Assembly: GCA_965248195.1 (NCBI GenBank)
Contig: CBDFIQ010000001.1
Span: 960,001 to 1,024,000 of the forward strand
From: Longimicrobiales bacterium
GTDB lineage: Bacteria > Gemmatimonadota > Gemmatimonadetes > Longimicrobiales > Gaopeijiaceae
Length of the DNA: 64,000 nucleotides
Reading direction: 5' to 3'
Of the stretch, positions 47,652-59,399 are shown one piece after another (position 1 is the first letter of the stretch; each line of letters opens with the position of its first letter). The position numbers and the translations under genes were made by a program. The notes beneath the pieces were generated by a model that saw only the letters and a list, made by a program, of their open reading frames with translations, had not been told where the DNA came from and did not search any database.

Positions 47652-50600
47652 CTCACCGCTCCGGGCTTGGTGAGCCCGCCGGTGGCCGGGTCGTACTCGG
47701 CGTACTTGACAGGGTTCTGGGCGAGGAGCGTGTTGGAGAGCGGGGGCGCCGCGAAGTACCGAGGTGTGCGGCCCTTGAATTGGATGCCGTTGGCGCCGTA
47801 GCGGACTACCCAGAGCTGGGCGTCCCGCGCCGGCCCGTTTCCCTGCCACGCCACGCCGCTCGCGATCACCATCGACTTCGCCGCGAACGCGTGCTTGAAG
47901 TCCTCCGCGAAATGCCGATAGGTGAGCGGGCCCTTCGAGGTGTCGAAGTCCTCGGCGGCGAGCGCGTGATCCGAAGGAGCGGCCGTCGTGGTCTGATCGG
48001 GCCGTGGTGGGATCGGCGTGACCGTCTCGACCACGTCGCTGACGCCGCCGTCGGGCTGATTGTCGAACGGCGCGTGTATGCACCCGTCCCTGCGCAGCAT
48101 GATCGACAGGCCGAGCAGATAGATGAGGTCGTCCTTGACGTCCGCTGCCGCGAAGCCCTCGGTGAGCTTGAGGGGCGTCAGCGCCGGCTCAGTCGGCGCC
48201 TCGGTCCCGATAACCGACGGGATCAGCCCCATCAGGTAGCCGTACACCGTATAGGCGTTGTGCTTCAGCAGCGTCGTCTCGAACTCGAGACCCGGCGGGG
48301 AGTCTCCCGGCGTCGCTTGGATCGCATCGAGGATCGAGCTCGTCACGTAGCCGGTGACGCCCTTGTCCGTGCCCGCGACAGCCTCGACATCGAGCTGATA
48401 GTAGAAGAGCGCGTATTTCTCCGCGTCGTTGGCGATGCTCTGAGGCGTGTTGACGAGCGTCTGCAGCGAGGTGCTGATGGGGTGCTGGGGGCAATCGTCC
48501 GTCACCGCGCTGCGGTCGCTGGCCCGTCCCTCGTCCGTCCCGAGGTGCGCCTCGGCCGCCGCGACCCACCCCGCGACCGTTGTCGGCGGGGAGCCGGTGT
48601 GCCCGACCCCGTTGGCCTTCAGGCATGCGATCGCCGCCTCCATGCGGGCGACAACATCCGTATACGGGTTCGTATTGAAGTGGAAGTCGACCTCGAGGTT
48701 CGCCCCCTCGGTTCCTCCGGCCTTGAAGCGGTACGCGAACGACAGATTCGGAAGTCCGGCCAGGCTCGGCACCGGATCGAAGTACAGCGCATCGATCGAG
48801 TCGAGACCCACTCCAGGTGTCGTGATCTCGTTTCCGAACAGATCGGTCCACGAAGCATAGAATGAGACCGGCTGCCCCACGGGCGTGTAGGGATTCTGAT
48901 CCGGCGGCGGCGGTGGTGATGGCGCCGGCGGGGCTGCCAGCGTGGCGGCCCCGGCCACTCGGTACGGGGGAAGGAGCGGGTAGACCTGTCGGTACGTCCA
49001 GACCCCACCAGCCGCCGTCGGCCCGTCTTCCGGATCGACAGGCCCCACACCGGTCGTCTTGGGCGGGGCCGCGATCGCCGTCGTTCCGATCGCGCTCACG
49101 TAGCAGGTGAGAAGGTTGAACAGGTACTCGAGGCTCGGCCCGTACTGTTCCCCACCGTTGTCCGAGCGCGGGGAGGCGGCGGGGTCGGGAGGCGCGTCGC
49201 GCGTCACCTGCACGCCGACGTGGCCGGCCTCGATCGTCGCCACCGTGTGCGTGATGTCGCTCGACGAGCTGTAGAGAACGTCGCCGGCGGCCACCGAGAC
49301 GTTCGCGGTGACGACCGCGTCCATGTAGCCGAGCGGCTTCGACGCGACCGTGGCGGAATCGTACCGGATCACCACCGTGAGCTCCGCCTCGCCCCCCTGA
49401 CCGAAGAGCTCCTCCGGGAGGCCGGCGCCCTTCACGTCGTAGTACAGGTAGTAGCCGCCCGAGTTGGTGATCCCCCCGGTCCACAGATTCGTCAGGAAGC
49501 CCGTCACGTCGGGCGGCGGGGCGGTCTCGAGAAGCGAGAGGAGAACGGCTGATGTGTTTTGCGGCCGACTCTCGGTCGATAGGTTGCTGCGTAACAGCAC
49601 CATCGTGAGGTCGGCTGCCTCCGCCGACTCGAACTGCTCTACGTGGCCCAAATCGTTGGCGAGTCCGTAGGCGATGTGCACCGTGGCCCCGTCGAGCGCG
49701 GCGGTGGCGGCGAGCACCTGCTGCAGGCGATGGATTCCGGCCGCGTCCACGCGGGCCAGCTCGTACGTCGAGGCGAGGTCTCCGGGTTGGCTGCCCTTCG
49801 CACCCGTGGTACCCGGGGTCGAGATGCGTCGGACCGTGACCCGGACGGTCGTTGCCCAGCTCAGATCGTCTGCGGCGACCGGCGTCGGGTCGGTGCTCGG
49901 AATCGAGCCGTCGTCCTGTTCCTTTCCCACGTACAGCTCGAACGTCGAGGCGCCATCCGCCTTCGCGAACGCCGACTGGAGCGTGGGCGGGAGCTGCCAC
50001 AACGTCGTCGGCGTTTTGTCGCCGCCGATCGCCCACGGCGTGCCGAGGGAGATACCGAAGCGACGCGCTTCGCTGTGAGCGATCGGGAGCTCTCCCGCCG
50101 TCGGCTCGATGGCCAGTTCGAGATCCAGACCCGAATGTATGCCGGCGGGACTCCGGAGCAGCGACTGGGCGTCCCCAGACTCGATCTCGACGAGCTGGAT
50201 CGAGCCGTGCATTTGCGGCGGCTCGGGGCCCACGACGTTCCAGTAGTCGTCGGCGTTCTCCGCCAGCGAGAGCGTCAGCGTCGCGGACGTGTCCGTGGTC
50301 CCCACCACCGGGAATCGCTGGCCCGTCAGCTCGTAGAAGGGCTCGGTCTCGGCCGCAGGGGGCGGGGCGGGAGCGTCCTCGTGCGGGGCGGGAGCGCCCT
50401 CGGTCGGGGGCAGAGCGCGTGTGCCGTGGAGGAGATTCCGGGTCGCGAAGCCCGCCGCGTCGGCGAGGTCGGCGTTTTCTACGACGTCTCCGATCGTGGG
50501 CGGCGAAGAAGCGCCCGTGACGTCGCCGTCGCCCTGACCGCCTCCATTTCCGAGGGTCTTCAAGTAGTCGGCTGCGCATTGTACGCCGAAGCGGGCCACG

Positions 50601-53600
50601 AGCTTGAAGTAGTCGACGACGACCTTGTCACGGAGCGAGGAGCCGTCCGTCGCGTCGAGCGTCGAGGAGTGGGTCCCGGAGACCGAGTTGCGGCGGCGCG
50701 AGCGCAGCGCTCCGTCGACGCTCGTGTCGTCGAGGCGGTCGAAGTACGCCGGGCTCAGCGTGATCGATCGTCCTCGGGTGGGGCCCGAGCCGCCTTGTGT
50801 GTACTCGATGTCGAACTCCGGCAACATGGGGAAGTACGCGAAGCCGTACTGCGATCCGTTGGACACCTGCTTCGGCGCCTGCAGCTGGAGCTTGTAGTAA
50901 TTCTCGGTGAAAGAGTGGACGTGGTGGATCGAGAAGGGCTCCGGGGTCGACCCGAGATACTCCTGGATCGCGGCGACCGTAGTCTCGTCGATGGGCTTCT
51001 CGTCGACCGTGCCCTCCGATACGGTCGTACCGGGATCGTCGTTTCCGTAGGCGTTGAGTACCCACCGGAGCACACCCTCGGCGAAGTCGGTGAACGCGGG
51101 CGCGGGATCCTCGTAGTCGATCTGGGGGGCGTCGCCCGCCGCCGGAGGCTCCTGCGGATTGTTCAGGTAGAGCATGGCGACCCACACCGGGGCATCCGCC
51201 TCGCCATCGATTTTGCCCTTCGTCAGCTGAGGCACCAGGTACCCGCTGAGCCCACAGAACTCGCCGGCGGTGTCCTTCCGGATCGGCTGCCAGCCCATCA
51301 CCGTGGCTCCCGTGCCGTCGGTGACGGCCAGAACGCGCCTCTCCTCGAGCGCCGGTGTCTGCGCCCACAAACCCGTGGAGTCGCTGCCGAACGAGAACGA
51401 GGTGTGAACTTCCGCTCCGAAGTGAACGTGGACGTGGATCGTGAACAGCCCCAGGTGGATCTTGACCGTCAGGCTCACCGAAACGGAGACGCTGAAGCGA
51501 GCGTAGGTCTTGACGTAGTGCTCGATGCTCAGCGTCGCGGTCGCAACGAGCTTGACCAGGAGGTCGGCGGTGATGATCGCCAGGTCGACCGAGCCGGTGA
51601 GCTCGCCGACGAAGCGCACCATCCCGGACACCTTGTAGTAGACGTCGCTGTTTTGCCCCGCAACGGGATTTTGTAGCGAGAACTTCGCGTAGGTACCCTG
51701 GATGATGAACTCCATCATCGCCTTCAACTGGGCCGAGAGCGGGCCCTCGTTGAACTCGCGCATGATCCCCACGGCGATCCCGATCCCGAACTCGATGACC
51801 GGGTTGAACGTCCCGGGGTTGGTGATCGTGGGCAGCCCGGAGGCAGTGTCGCCGTTGAGGTACCCGAAGTAGAAGCCGCCTTGCCCGGTGAAGACCAGGT
51901 ACGTGACTCCCGCGGACTTGCTGAAGTCCGCATGGTACGGGAAGCCGAGGTCGATCTTGAAGTTGCCGTTCGTGTAGATGGCGAGGCTGAACGACGGCAT
52001 GTAGACCACCACCGAGCCGAGGTCGAGCGTTCGGAACTGCTTCGGGAGGGTGAGCGCTACGAAGTACTCACCGATCGAGTCCGTGACCTTGCGGTACAGG
52101 ACCTCGAAGTACAGCCCCACGAAGAGGTCGAGCTTTTCATCACTCGGAGCCTTCCCGGGCGCAGCGTCGACGCGGATCATGAGCCCGTACATATTCGGGT
52201 CGTTGAAGATGATCTCGGTCACTACCTGGCCCAGGAAGGTCATCTTCGCGCCGATCAACCATCCGCTGTCCCCCTGGAATTCGAGCTTAGCCGGAAACAA
52301 CGTCTCCTGGTCACCGTCGGGACTCAGCACGGAAGTCAGCGTGCTGATCGCGTCCTCGACCCGATCGGGGGCGGGCACCGGGAACGCGATTCTCTGGCCC
52401 GCGGCTACGAGCCCGACGTCGAAGTAGCTTGCGCCGAGCCCGGGCACCGAGGGCTCCGTCCCTGGCTGCGACGGGTCCCAGGAGATCGTGCTCTTCCCAC
52501 TGGCGGGATTACCGCCGCTTTCCAGCAACGACGGGAACGTGCCCTCCAGCGAGAAGCTCAGCGCGCCCTCGGATTCACCTTGCTTCCTCTGGTACTGGAT
52601 GGTCACCGACTTCACTTCGATGCCGAAGTGGGGCTTCCCGCCCGCCGGCAACGTGACCTTCACCGACTTGGTCGCGCCCCATGACACTTCGAGCGTCGAC
52701 CCGCTCTTGATCTCGACCTCGTCGAGGATCTGATTCCACGGCTCGCTGAACTCGAAGCCGGGGTTTCCGGTCAGCGATGCGACGAACCAGGCAACGCCGT
52801 CCCCGATCGCGAGGTCGTCCTTGAACGTGAGCGACGCCGACTGCTTGTGATGGTCGTAGGTGCCGACCACGTCGACAGATCCGATCGCGACCTCGGCCTG
52901 GACCTCCTGCTGCACGAAGTCGTAGCCCAGGGAAAGCTTGAAGCCGTCCAGATCGAAGAGCGCGAAGACCTTGTCCGTGCGAGTTCCGTCGGCTTGCCGG
53001 AGGTCGATCTCGACGGCCGAGTGGAGGTCCAACCCGTCCACCCCCCAGTCGCCGTCGAAGACGCCATGAAAGGCATAGCTCGAACCGGGGCCGGCGTCCT
53101 CATCGACCTTGTATTCGACGCCGAGCGCCTCGAGCCCGAGCTGCCGTAGCTCGCTCGGGATGAGCGAGATCTTCGAGGCGCTCAAGTTCAGGAGGTGCTT
53201 GGCGATGAGCTCGACCGTGAGGGACTCGGCGGTGGTCTCGTTCCAGACCGTGAGCGTGCCGCCCACGTCGATCGCTCCGGAAAAGTCCCAGACGGCGTCC
53301 GACTTGCGGGCGTCCGCTGTGAGAAGGAGCCCTCTTCCCTTCGTGATCGACGGCACCGTGAACTCGAGCAGACCGACGACCGCAGCGGAGTAGCTCCCCT
53401 GTCCCCAGTCGAACGCGAAGCTCATCCGATCCAGGGCGAGCACTCCATCGATGAGCGGGAACGGTATCAGGTCGGACGCGCCGTCGCTCTTGGCGTTCGT
53501 GGTGACGAGCGCGGTTCCACCCGGGGACGACGGCGCCGTCGACGTCGGCACGTACACGACATCGGACGCGAACGAGACGCTCTTGTTGGAGAGCCCGACG

Positions 53601-54334
53601 ATGAACTGCAGATCCTCTAGGCTGAGGCTGGCGAAGTCGCCCTTTACCGAGATGTTGAAGATGCCGAGGAGATCGGCGATCGAGATCGTCTCGCCGCCAG
53701 GCTCCGTGATGGAGAGCTCGAGATCCGGGAAGTCGAGGGAGACGTCCAGCGTCTTGGGTGCGCGTGCGCCCGGCCCGCCCACCGCCGCGACGGCGGCCGG
53801 TTCGATCTCGAGCGTGCCGAGTGCCTTCGCGTAGAGCGTCTGTCCCGGGTGACCCGGCATGACGACCAGCACGTCCAGCGCGTCGAGCGTGATCGCCAGC
53901 TTCTCCGCCACCTGCAGCGTCGCGCCCCGCGTTGGCCTGCCCCCGCCCTGCGCCGGGGTCCAGACCGAGATCTCACATCCGAGGCTGCTGAGCCACGGCT
54001 TCTCCGACTTCGACGTGCGGAGTGCCGAATACGACACGGACTCGAGCCGTAGACTCTTGAAGACTTGGCCGAGGAACGACGACTGGGTGGGGATCGCGGT
54101 AGCGACGGGGGAGCCCGCGACCAGGCTCGCGATCTTGTTGACCTCGTCCTCGAGGCCGACGTCGAGCGCGACCGTCAACGAGGCTGGGCCGCTGTCGGGT
54201 CCCTCCGCAATCTCGAAGATGCTTTGGGCGGCCGGGAGGAACGGGCTTCCAGTCAGGAGCGCACTCTTGATGTCCTGCTCGAGCTGGTCCTTGGGGTCGG
54301 TGGCGGCGAGCGCCGGCTGGGTGCCCTCGCTCAT
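47652..54334 (-). CDS. Giant uncharacterised protein (~2227 aa remaining), 3'-truncated by IS3; DUF6603-like beta-rich region suspected
   Basis: ATGA-coupled to the EEP gene; long amphipathic beta stretch (FNDPNMYGL, IYTNGNFKIDLGFP, GGFYFG); frame reads into the IS end. Confidence 0.8.
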
Positions 54335-55659
54335 ACGTCGACGTACAGGGGCAGATGGTCGCTGACGAACACCCGTAGGAAGACGGCGGCGGTCACCCAG
54401 GTCGTGAAGGACCCCGCCCCGTGGACGCCGAAGTCGGATTCGAAATTGGGGATGATCGTATCGAGGTGCGGTCGGAGCGCCGGAGGCGCCGAGGTGGAGT
54501 CGGCCTTCCACGCCGCCACGCCCGCGGTCACCAGCGCGCGTATCGGGCTGTCGGACCCGAATATCCCCTCACAGACGGCCTGATTCGCCTTGCGTCCCCG
54601 GATGAGCGACAGCAGGTCGAGCACGCCGCCCTCGTATGCTTGCGAGCCGAGCCAGTAGTCGTTCGCGTCGCCGAAGCAACTGTCGTAGGAGCTGGAAAGG
54701 GTGCCAGACCGATTCACGTATCGCACCGACGTCTTCGCGTAAGCGCCGTCGGCTGGCGTGGTGCCGGTGCCGTAGCTCGTGCCCCTGTGGAACGAGGGGA
54801 GGTTGCCGAACGCCGCAGGCCTTTGGGACGGCGTGCGGAGGTTGAAGTCTCCCGCGAACACGGCCCCACCGTCGCCTTTCAGCTCGCCCAGCTCGAGGGC
54901 GAGGCTCGCCAGCATGACGCCCTCGGGCGCGGAGCTCGTCCCGTTGGGGGCATGATAGGTGACGACGTTGACCACCTTACCACCGCTGAGGACCTGGCAG
55001 CGACTCGGGAACCTGACGCCCGTCCGCCACGCGATCGCCGCGATGAGATCATCTGTGGCGGGCGTGGAGCGCGTGCTCCTCCGTGTGACCCCCACGGGCC
55101 CGGACTGACGTCGCGGAAACACCGCGGAGTCCTTCCCCCCGACCGCCGCCGCGTGGATCGGGACCGCCGCACTCGGGACCGCCTCCGGCTCGGCGATCTC
55201 GAGAACCAGGTCCAGGAAGCACGCTCCGCCCCTGAGATTGGATCGCTCGGATCGGTGAACGTGATCGAACTCCTGGAGGACGCCGGTCCTCCACACCACT
55301 CCGTAGCCCTCGTTATGTGCAGCCTCCGCGTACTGGAGCTGGTCGGCGGTCGTGGCGTCCGCAACGAGGAGCGCCCCCTTCACGAGGTCCCAGTTCGGCC
55401 CCAGAACGTTTTCTTGTCTCTCTTTGGAGTGCCTCCGCGAGGCACCGAGGAAGCCGAGGTCCGTGGCGAGCGCGGGCAGAAGAGCCACCGACCCCTTCTT
55501 CGCCTCCTGAATGATCAGCACGTCCGACACGCGAGCCGGCGTCCCGACTTGGTTCATCATCACGAGCTTGATGAACTCGTGTAGGCACTCGTAGTTGCCG
55601 CGGTACGACGGTGAGATCGACCCGTAGTTCTCGATGTTCCAGATCATCACGCGCGGCAT
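54331..55659 (-). CDS. Exonuclease-endonuclease-phosphatase (DNase I-like) protein
   Basis: WNIEN, IQE, YHAP, AGDFN, D-YW and SDHLP catalytic motifs; GGAGGT RBS; no signal peptide. Confidence 0.85.
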   Translation of the reverse strand: MPRVMIWNIENYGSISPSYRGNYECLHEFIKLVMMNQVGTPARVSDVLIIQEAKKGSVALLPALATDLGFLGASRRHSKERQENVLGPNWDLVKGALLVADATTADQLQYAEAAHNEGYGVVWRTGVLQEFDHVHRSERSNLRGGACFLDLVLEIAEPEAVPSAAVPIHAAAVGGKDSAVFPRRQSGPVGVTRRSTRSTPATDDLIAAIAWRTGVRFPSRCQVLSGGKVVNVVTYHAPNGTSSAPEGVMLASLALELGELKGDGGAVFAGDFNLRTPSQRPAAFGNLPSFHRGTSYGTGTTPADGAYAKTSVRYVNRSGTLSSSYDSCFGDANDYWLGSQAYEGGVLDLLSLIRGRKANQAVCEGIFGSDSPIRALVTAGVAAWKADSTSAPPALRPHLDTIIPNFESDFGVHGAGSFTTWVTAAVFLRVFVSDHLPLYVDV

Positions 55660-55660
55660 G

Positions 55661-58600
55661 TCACGCACCTCCCTGCGGGCCGCCCGTGACTTGCTTGGCC
55701 GGGTCGGGCTGCACGTAGCTCCCGAACCAGCCGAGCGTGTCGGGAGGCCTGTCCGCCACTTCCTCGGGATCGCCGAACACCACTACGTTGGTACTTCCCT
55801 TGGCGGGGAAGGTGAAGACCAGGAGCGAGAGCCCGATGCTCGCGAACTTGATCACGTACAGGTCGACCGTTTTGGAGCTTCTTGCCTGCTGCTTGCCACC
55901 GGAGTCCACGGTAACCAGGTCCATCACAACTTCCTGGGCGCCGAACTTCACGACCCCCTCCAGGTCGACCAGGCGCTCGATGGGCCCGAGCCCGGGAAAC
56001 TTGAGTCCGACATACCAATTCCCGGTGGAGATCCCCCACGCGAGGAGCATGTCGGCCGTCATGACCGGGTTCTTCGAGAGCGCGCCCAGAGTCCCGATGT
56101 CGAACTGATACGAGAGGCCGTACCACTCCGTACCGAGCTCTCCCGACATTCCGGCCTTGTCGAGCGGCGGCACCGTGATCGCGCCGTACCCCTTGGACTC
56201 CGGCGTTTCGGTGGACGAGGTAGCGTGGATGTAGCTCTTGAGCTTCAGCGGGAACTGAGCAGCGAGCCCACCCTTGCGTACGTACGTGAAGCCGTTCTGG
56301 AGCGAGGTGGCATGGGCGTCGACGATCTGGATGTTGCCGCCCTTCACGAGCAGGGCGTGATCGTCGAACGTGAAGGTCCGGTTCTCCGTGGTGGTCGTCT
56401 CGAGGTCGAGATCGAACGCCATCTCGACGGCGAGGTTGCTGAACCCGAGTCGGAGATAGGAGAACAAGTCGAAGTACTTGTCATCGGTCCCCGCGGGCGA
56501 GCCGAGCGCCGGGCCATGCCCGAACTCGATGCCTCCAGTCAGCGCGAACGCGGTCTCGAAGTGTGTGGTGTTCCCGTCGTGTTGGGTGTTCCCGTCGTTT
56601 TTGGTGTTCCCGACGGGCGTCGTGGAACGGATCTCGAATTCGGCGATATCGATCTCCACCGACGCCAGCGCCCCCTGGGCGGTATAGAACGTCGCACGCG
56701 AGCCGGAGGCAGTGGAAAAGGAGTAGTACGGCTTTCCGTTTCTGGTGTGGATCGCCCCGTCGAGTATCAGCCGATTGGTCGCCGGCGGCCGGTCAGCCGA
56801 GTCAGCGCCCGACGTGGATCCGCCCGCATCACGCGGCCTGGAGCTCAGCACCTTCTGCCCGAAGAGCGTCCCGAGCGCCAGGAGGATCTTGCTGGAAAAG
56901 CCCGCGAGCTTGGCCTTCTCGAACTGGACGATCAGGCTGAGCACGCGGAAGTCGTAGGGCGTCGACAGGATCTCGATTTCGGGAAGCTGCGTTCCGCTCG
57001 ACAGCGCGCGCTCGTACTCCGGATCGGTGTAGTGGACGAGCGCGAAGACGGCGCTACTCAGCTTGTACGGCGCGCCGTCGGCCGCGGTCCCCGACGCGCT
57101 CACCGGGGTCGCGTGCGTGACCTCGTTGCCCATGTGGTGCGCGTAGAAGCGCGACATGTCGATGCCAGCCGTGAGCGCCTGGATCTCTTCCGAAAGCTCA
57201 CCGAGGCCGAGATCGACGCGTAGAACGAGGAACCCCGACCAGTCCGGATCGTCCACCAGCTCTACGAACTGCTGGAAGCTCGCCTCACCGAGGCCTTCTT
57301 TGTATGCCTCGTCCGCCGACTTTATGTACTGCTGAAGCCAGTCCTTCAGATACGTCCCGTCCGGATCGGTGTCAGTGTCCGTGAACGACGTCCGCTCGGT
57401 CCACGCGGAGGGGTTGGCCACCAGGTCGCGGGTTTTCCCCTTGGCCGACTTGAAGATCCACACGTTGCGATAGGCGCCGACGACCTGCTGCTGCGGCGGA
57501 CGGACCTTGAAGGCCCATCCGCTCATCTCGACCTCGTGCGCGAGGCCGGTCAGGTTGCCCTGGTCGACACTGACAACGAGAAAGAGCTGGTTGGTAAGGA
57601 ACGCGCTGCGCAGGGTCGCAGGGAGCGCCGCCGTGTCGCCACCAGAGTCGAACTGCAGGACCTGCTGGGACTCGCCGTTCGCTCCCGCCGAGGCTGTCGA
57701 CGCTTCCTCCTGCGACTCGAACTCGGCGAAACGGAGCTGATTCCAGGTTCCGTGATGGAACCGGCTCATCGCTCCCGTGGCGGTGAGCGCGTACCCGTCC
57801 GCGGTCGCCGTCGCCGTCGCCGTCGCGGTCGTGTCTTCGGGGTCCTTCCGCTTTTCGCTCTCCACGCTGGCCTTCCGGGCCGGGTTGAGGACCTGCATCT
57901 CGAACGCCGAGAGCGCGAGATCCGCGTCGCTACCCGGGGGATCGTGAACGGAGGCGTGGCTGTAGGGAACGAGGGGGAACGGCTGGGGGGCAGCGGTGAC
58001 GGGAGGGCTGGACAGCTTGGCCTCGGAGACAGGGAGGAAGTCCAGCAACGTCGGCGCCGGATCGTCGGTGGCGTGCTGGAAGAACGGATTGCCGTTCGGC
58101 TCGGAGTAGTACCAACCCGGATCCGTGGACGCCTGGAGAAGCGCCACCCATGAAGTGGTGAACCCCTGCTCCGCGAGCGGCGTAAAGGTGAAGTCCGGTG
58201 CCTCGGAGCTAGCCCCGTTACCAGAGACCGCTCCGGCCCCGTCTTGCGAGCCCGCCTTCCACTCCACCGTGCTCTGCGCACGCCGGTCGGGAACGAAGCG
58301 CAGGACGTCACCCGCCGCGGGGTCGCTCTGGGTCCGCGGCGTGAACGCAAAGTACTCGGTGCCGCTCAGGCCCCCCAACAGATTGTCCCCGTAGTTCGGC
58401 TCGACGGTCGCGGCGGCGCCGGCGACTCCGAGCACGAAATCTCCCTCGGGCGCGAGATACACGCCCGTGGCCGACGGGGTCGAGGCGTCGCCCGCCGGCG
58501 CAGGCTTGTCGGTAAAGCGGAGACGCACGGCAACGTGGCCCCATGCGGGCGCGGTGGCGGGCGTCAACGTGACTTGATGACCAAGGAGCGTCCTCAGGTA

Positions 58601-59368
58601 ACTCCCCAACTCGGGTGCGAAGCTCCCATCCCCGTTCGTGAACGCGTAATACGTCCTGGACGGATCGGTGAGCTGGTACGGGTCCAGAGAACCGCGAAGG
58701 AGGACGGTCTCTGCGGGGGCGAGCTCGAACATCGGGTATCGGGGGGACCAGAACGCGTCTCCGTCCTTCCAGAAGTAGCGAAGGCCCACATCCAGGTCGT
58801 CGAGCTGCGCCTCGTTCAGCGCGCAGTCGAACTGCAGCATACCTTGGTGATCGACGTCCACGAGGAGGTCGACGGCGCCGAGAGTGACGCTCAGCTCCCC
58901 CGCGCCACCGCTACCCTGAACGAGCTCGAGTCCCTGCCCGTTCTCCCACGGTTGGATCACGAGCCCGTCCTTCGCGTCGTTGAGGCAGACCTTGCAATCC
59001 GCCGAGATCGTCACGGTCGCGTTGCGGAAGTCGAAGCTCATCGACTCGGACCACGACAGGATCTGTCCATCCGAGTTCAGAAAGATCCTGCGTGACGGAT
59101 TGAGCGGCCTCGCATTCGGATCGTCGATCCACAGGAACGCACGGGTGGCCCCCGAGACGAGAAGGGGGCGCACGAAGCTGCCGAAGCCCGTGTAGTCCGT
59201 CGGCAGCTCCTTTACGAAACAGAACACCCCCGAGTCGAACGCCTTCGACAGCTCAATCGACCTATCGGTAGACGCGGGTTTGGCCACGTATAGCAACACC
59301 GTATCCGCTCCGGGCTGCTCGGTCGGCGCGAACACGCCGCCGCCGAGCGCGTAGTACGTCACACTCAA
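55661..59368 (-). CDS. Large uncharacterised protein (~1235 aa)
   Basis: GAGG then TTG 59368 (or GTG 59362); strong coding bias; stop 1 nt before the EEP ATG; ends ...LGWFGSY... Confidence 0.8.
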   Translation of the reverse strand: MSVTYYALGGGVFAPTEQPGADTVLLYVAKPASTDRSIELSKAFDSGVFCFVKELPTDYTGFGSFVRPLLVSGATRAFLWIDDPNARPLNPSRRIFLNSDGQILSWSESMSFDFRNATVTISADCKVCLNDAKDGLVIQPWENGQGLELVQGSGGAGELSVTLGAVDLLVDVDHQGMLQFDCALNEAQLDDLDVGLRYFWKDGDAFWSPRYPMFELAPAETVLLRGSLDPYQLTDPSRTYYAFTNGDGSFAPELGSYLRTLLGHQVTLTPATAPAWGHVAVRLRFTDKPAPAGDASTPSATGVYLAPEGDFVLGVAGAAATVEPNYGDNLLGGLSGTEYFAFTPRTQSDPAAGDVLRFVPDRRAQSTVEWKAGSQDGAGAVSGNGASSEAPDFTFTPLAEQGFTTSWVALLQASTDPGWYYSEPNGNPFFQHATDDPAPTLLDFLPVSEAKLSSPPVTAAPQPFPLVPYSHASVHDPPGSDADLALSAFEMQVLNPARKASVESEKRKDPEDTTATATATATADGYALTATGAMSRFHHGTWNQLRFAEFESQEEASTASAGANGESQQVLQFDSGGDTAALPATLRSAFLTNQLFLVVSVDQGNLTGLAHEVEMSGWAFKVRPPQQQVVGAYRNVWIFKSAKGKTRDLVANPSAWTERTSFTDTDTDPDGTYLKDWLQQYIKSADEAYKEGLGEASFQQFVELVDDPDWSGFLVLRVDLGLGELSEEIQALTAGIDMSRFYAHHMGNEVTHATPVSASGTAADGAPYKLSSAVFALVHYTDPEYERALSSGTQLPEIEILSTPYDFRVLSLIVQFEKAKLAGFSSKILLALGTLFGQKVLSSRPRDAGGSTSGADSADRPPATNRLILDGAIHTRNGKPYYSFSTASGSRATFYTAQGALASVEIDIAEFEIRSTTPVGNTKNDGNTQHDGNTTHFETAFALTGGIEFGHGPALGSPAGTDDKYFDLFSYLRLGFSNLAVEMAFDLDLETTTTENRTFTFDDHALLVKGGNIQIVDAHATSLQNGFTYVRKGGLAAQFPLKLKSYIHATSSTETPESKGYGAITVPPLDKAGMSGELGTEWYGLSYQFDIGTLGALSKNPVMTADMLLAWGISTGNWYVGLKFPGLGPIERLVDLEGVVKFGAQEVVMDLVTVDSGGKQQARSSKTVDLYVIKFASIGLSLLVFTFPAKGSTNVVVFGDPEEVADRPPDTLGWFGSYVQPDPAKQVTGGPQGGA

Positions 59369-59399
59369 GAGTCGCGCCTCGTGACGGCGCCTTCCACGC

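Noticed and set aside
48189..57223. Long alternative-frame ORFs (796, 677, 529 aa etc.)
   Set aside because: Arg/Gly-rich shadows of high-GC coding genes with no motifs.
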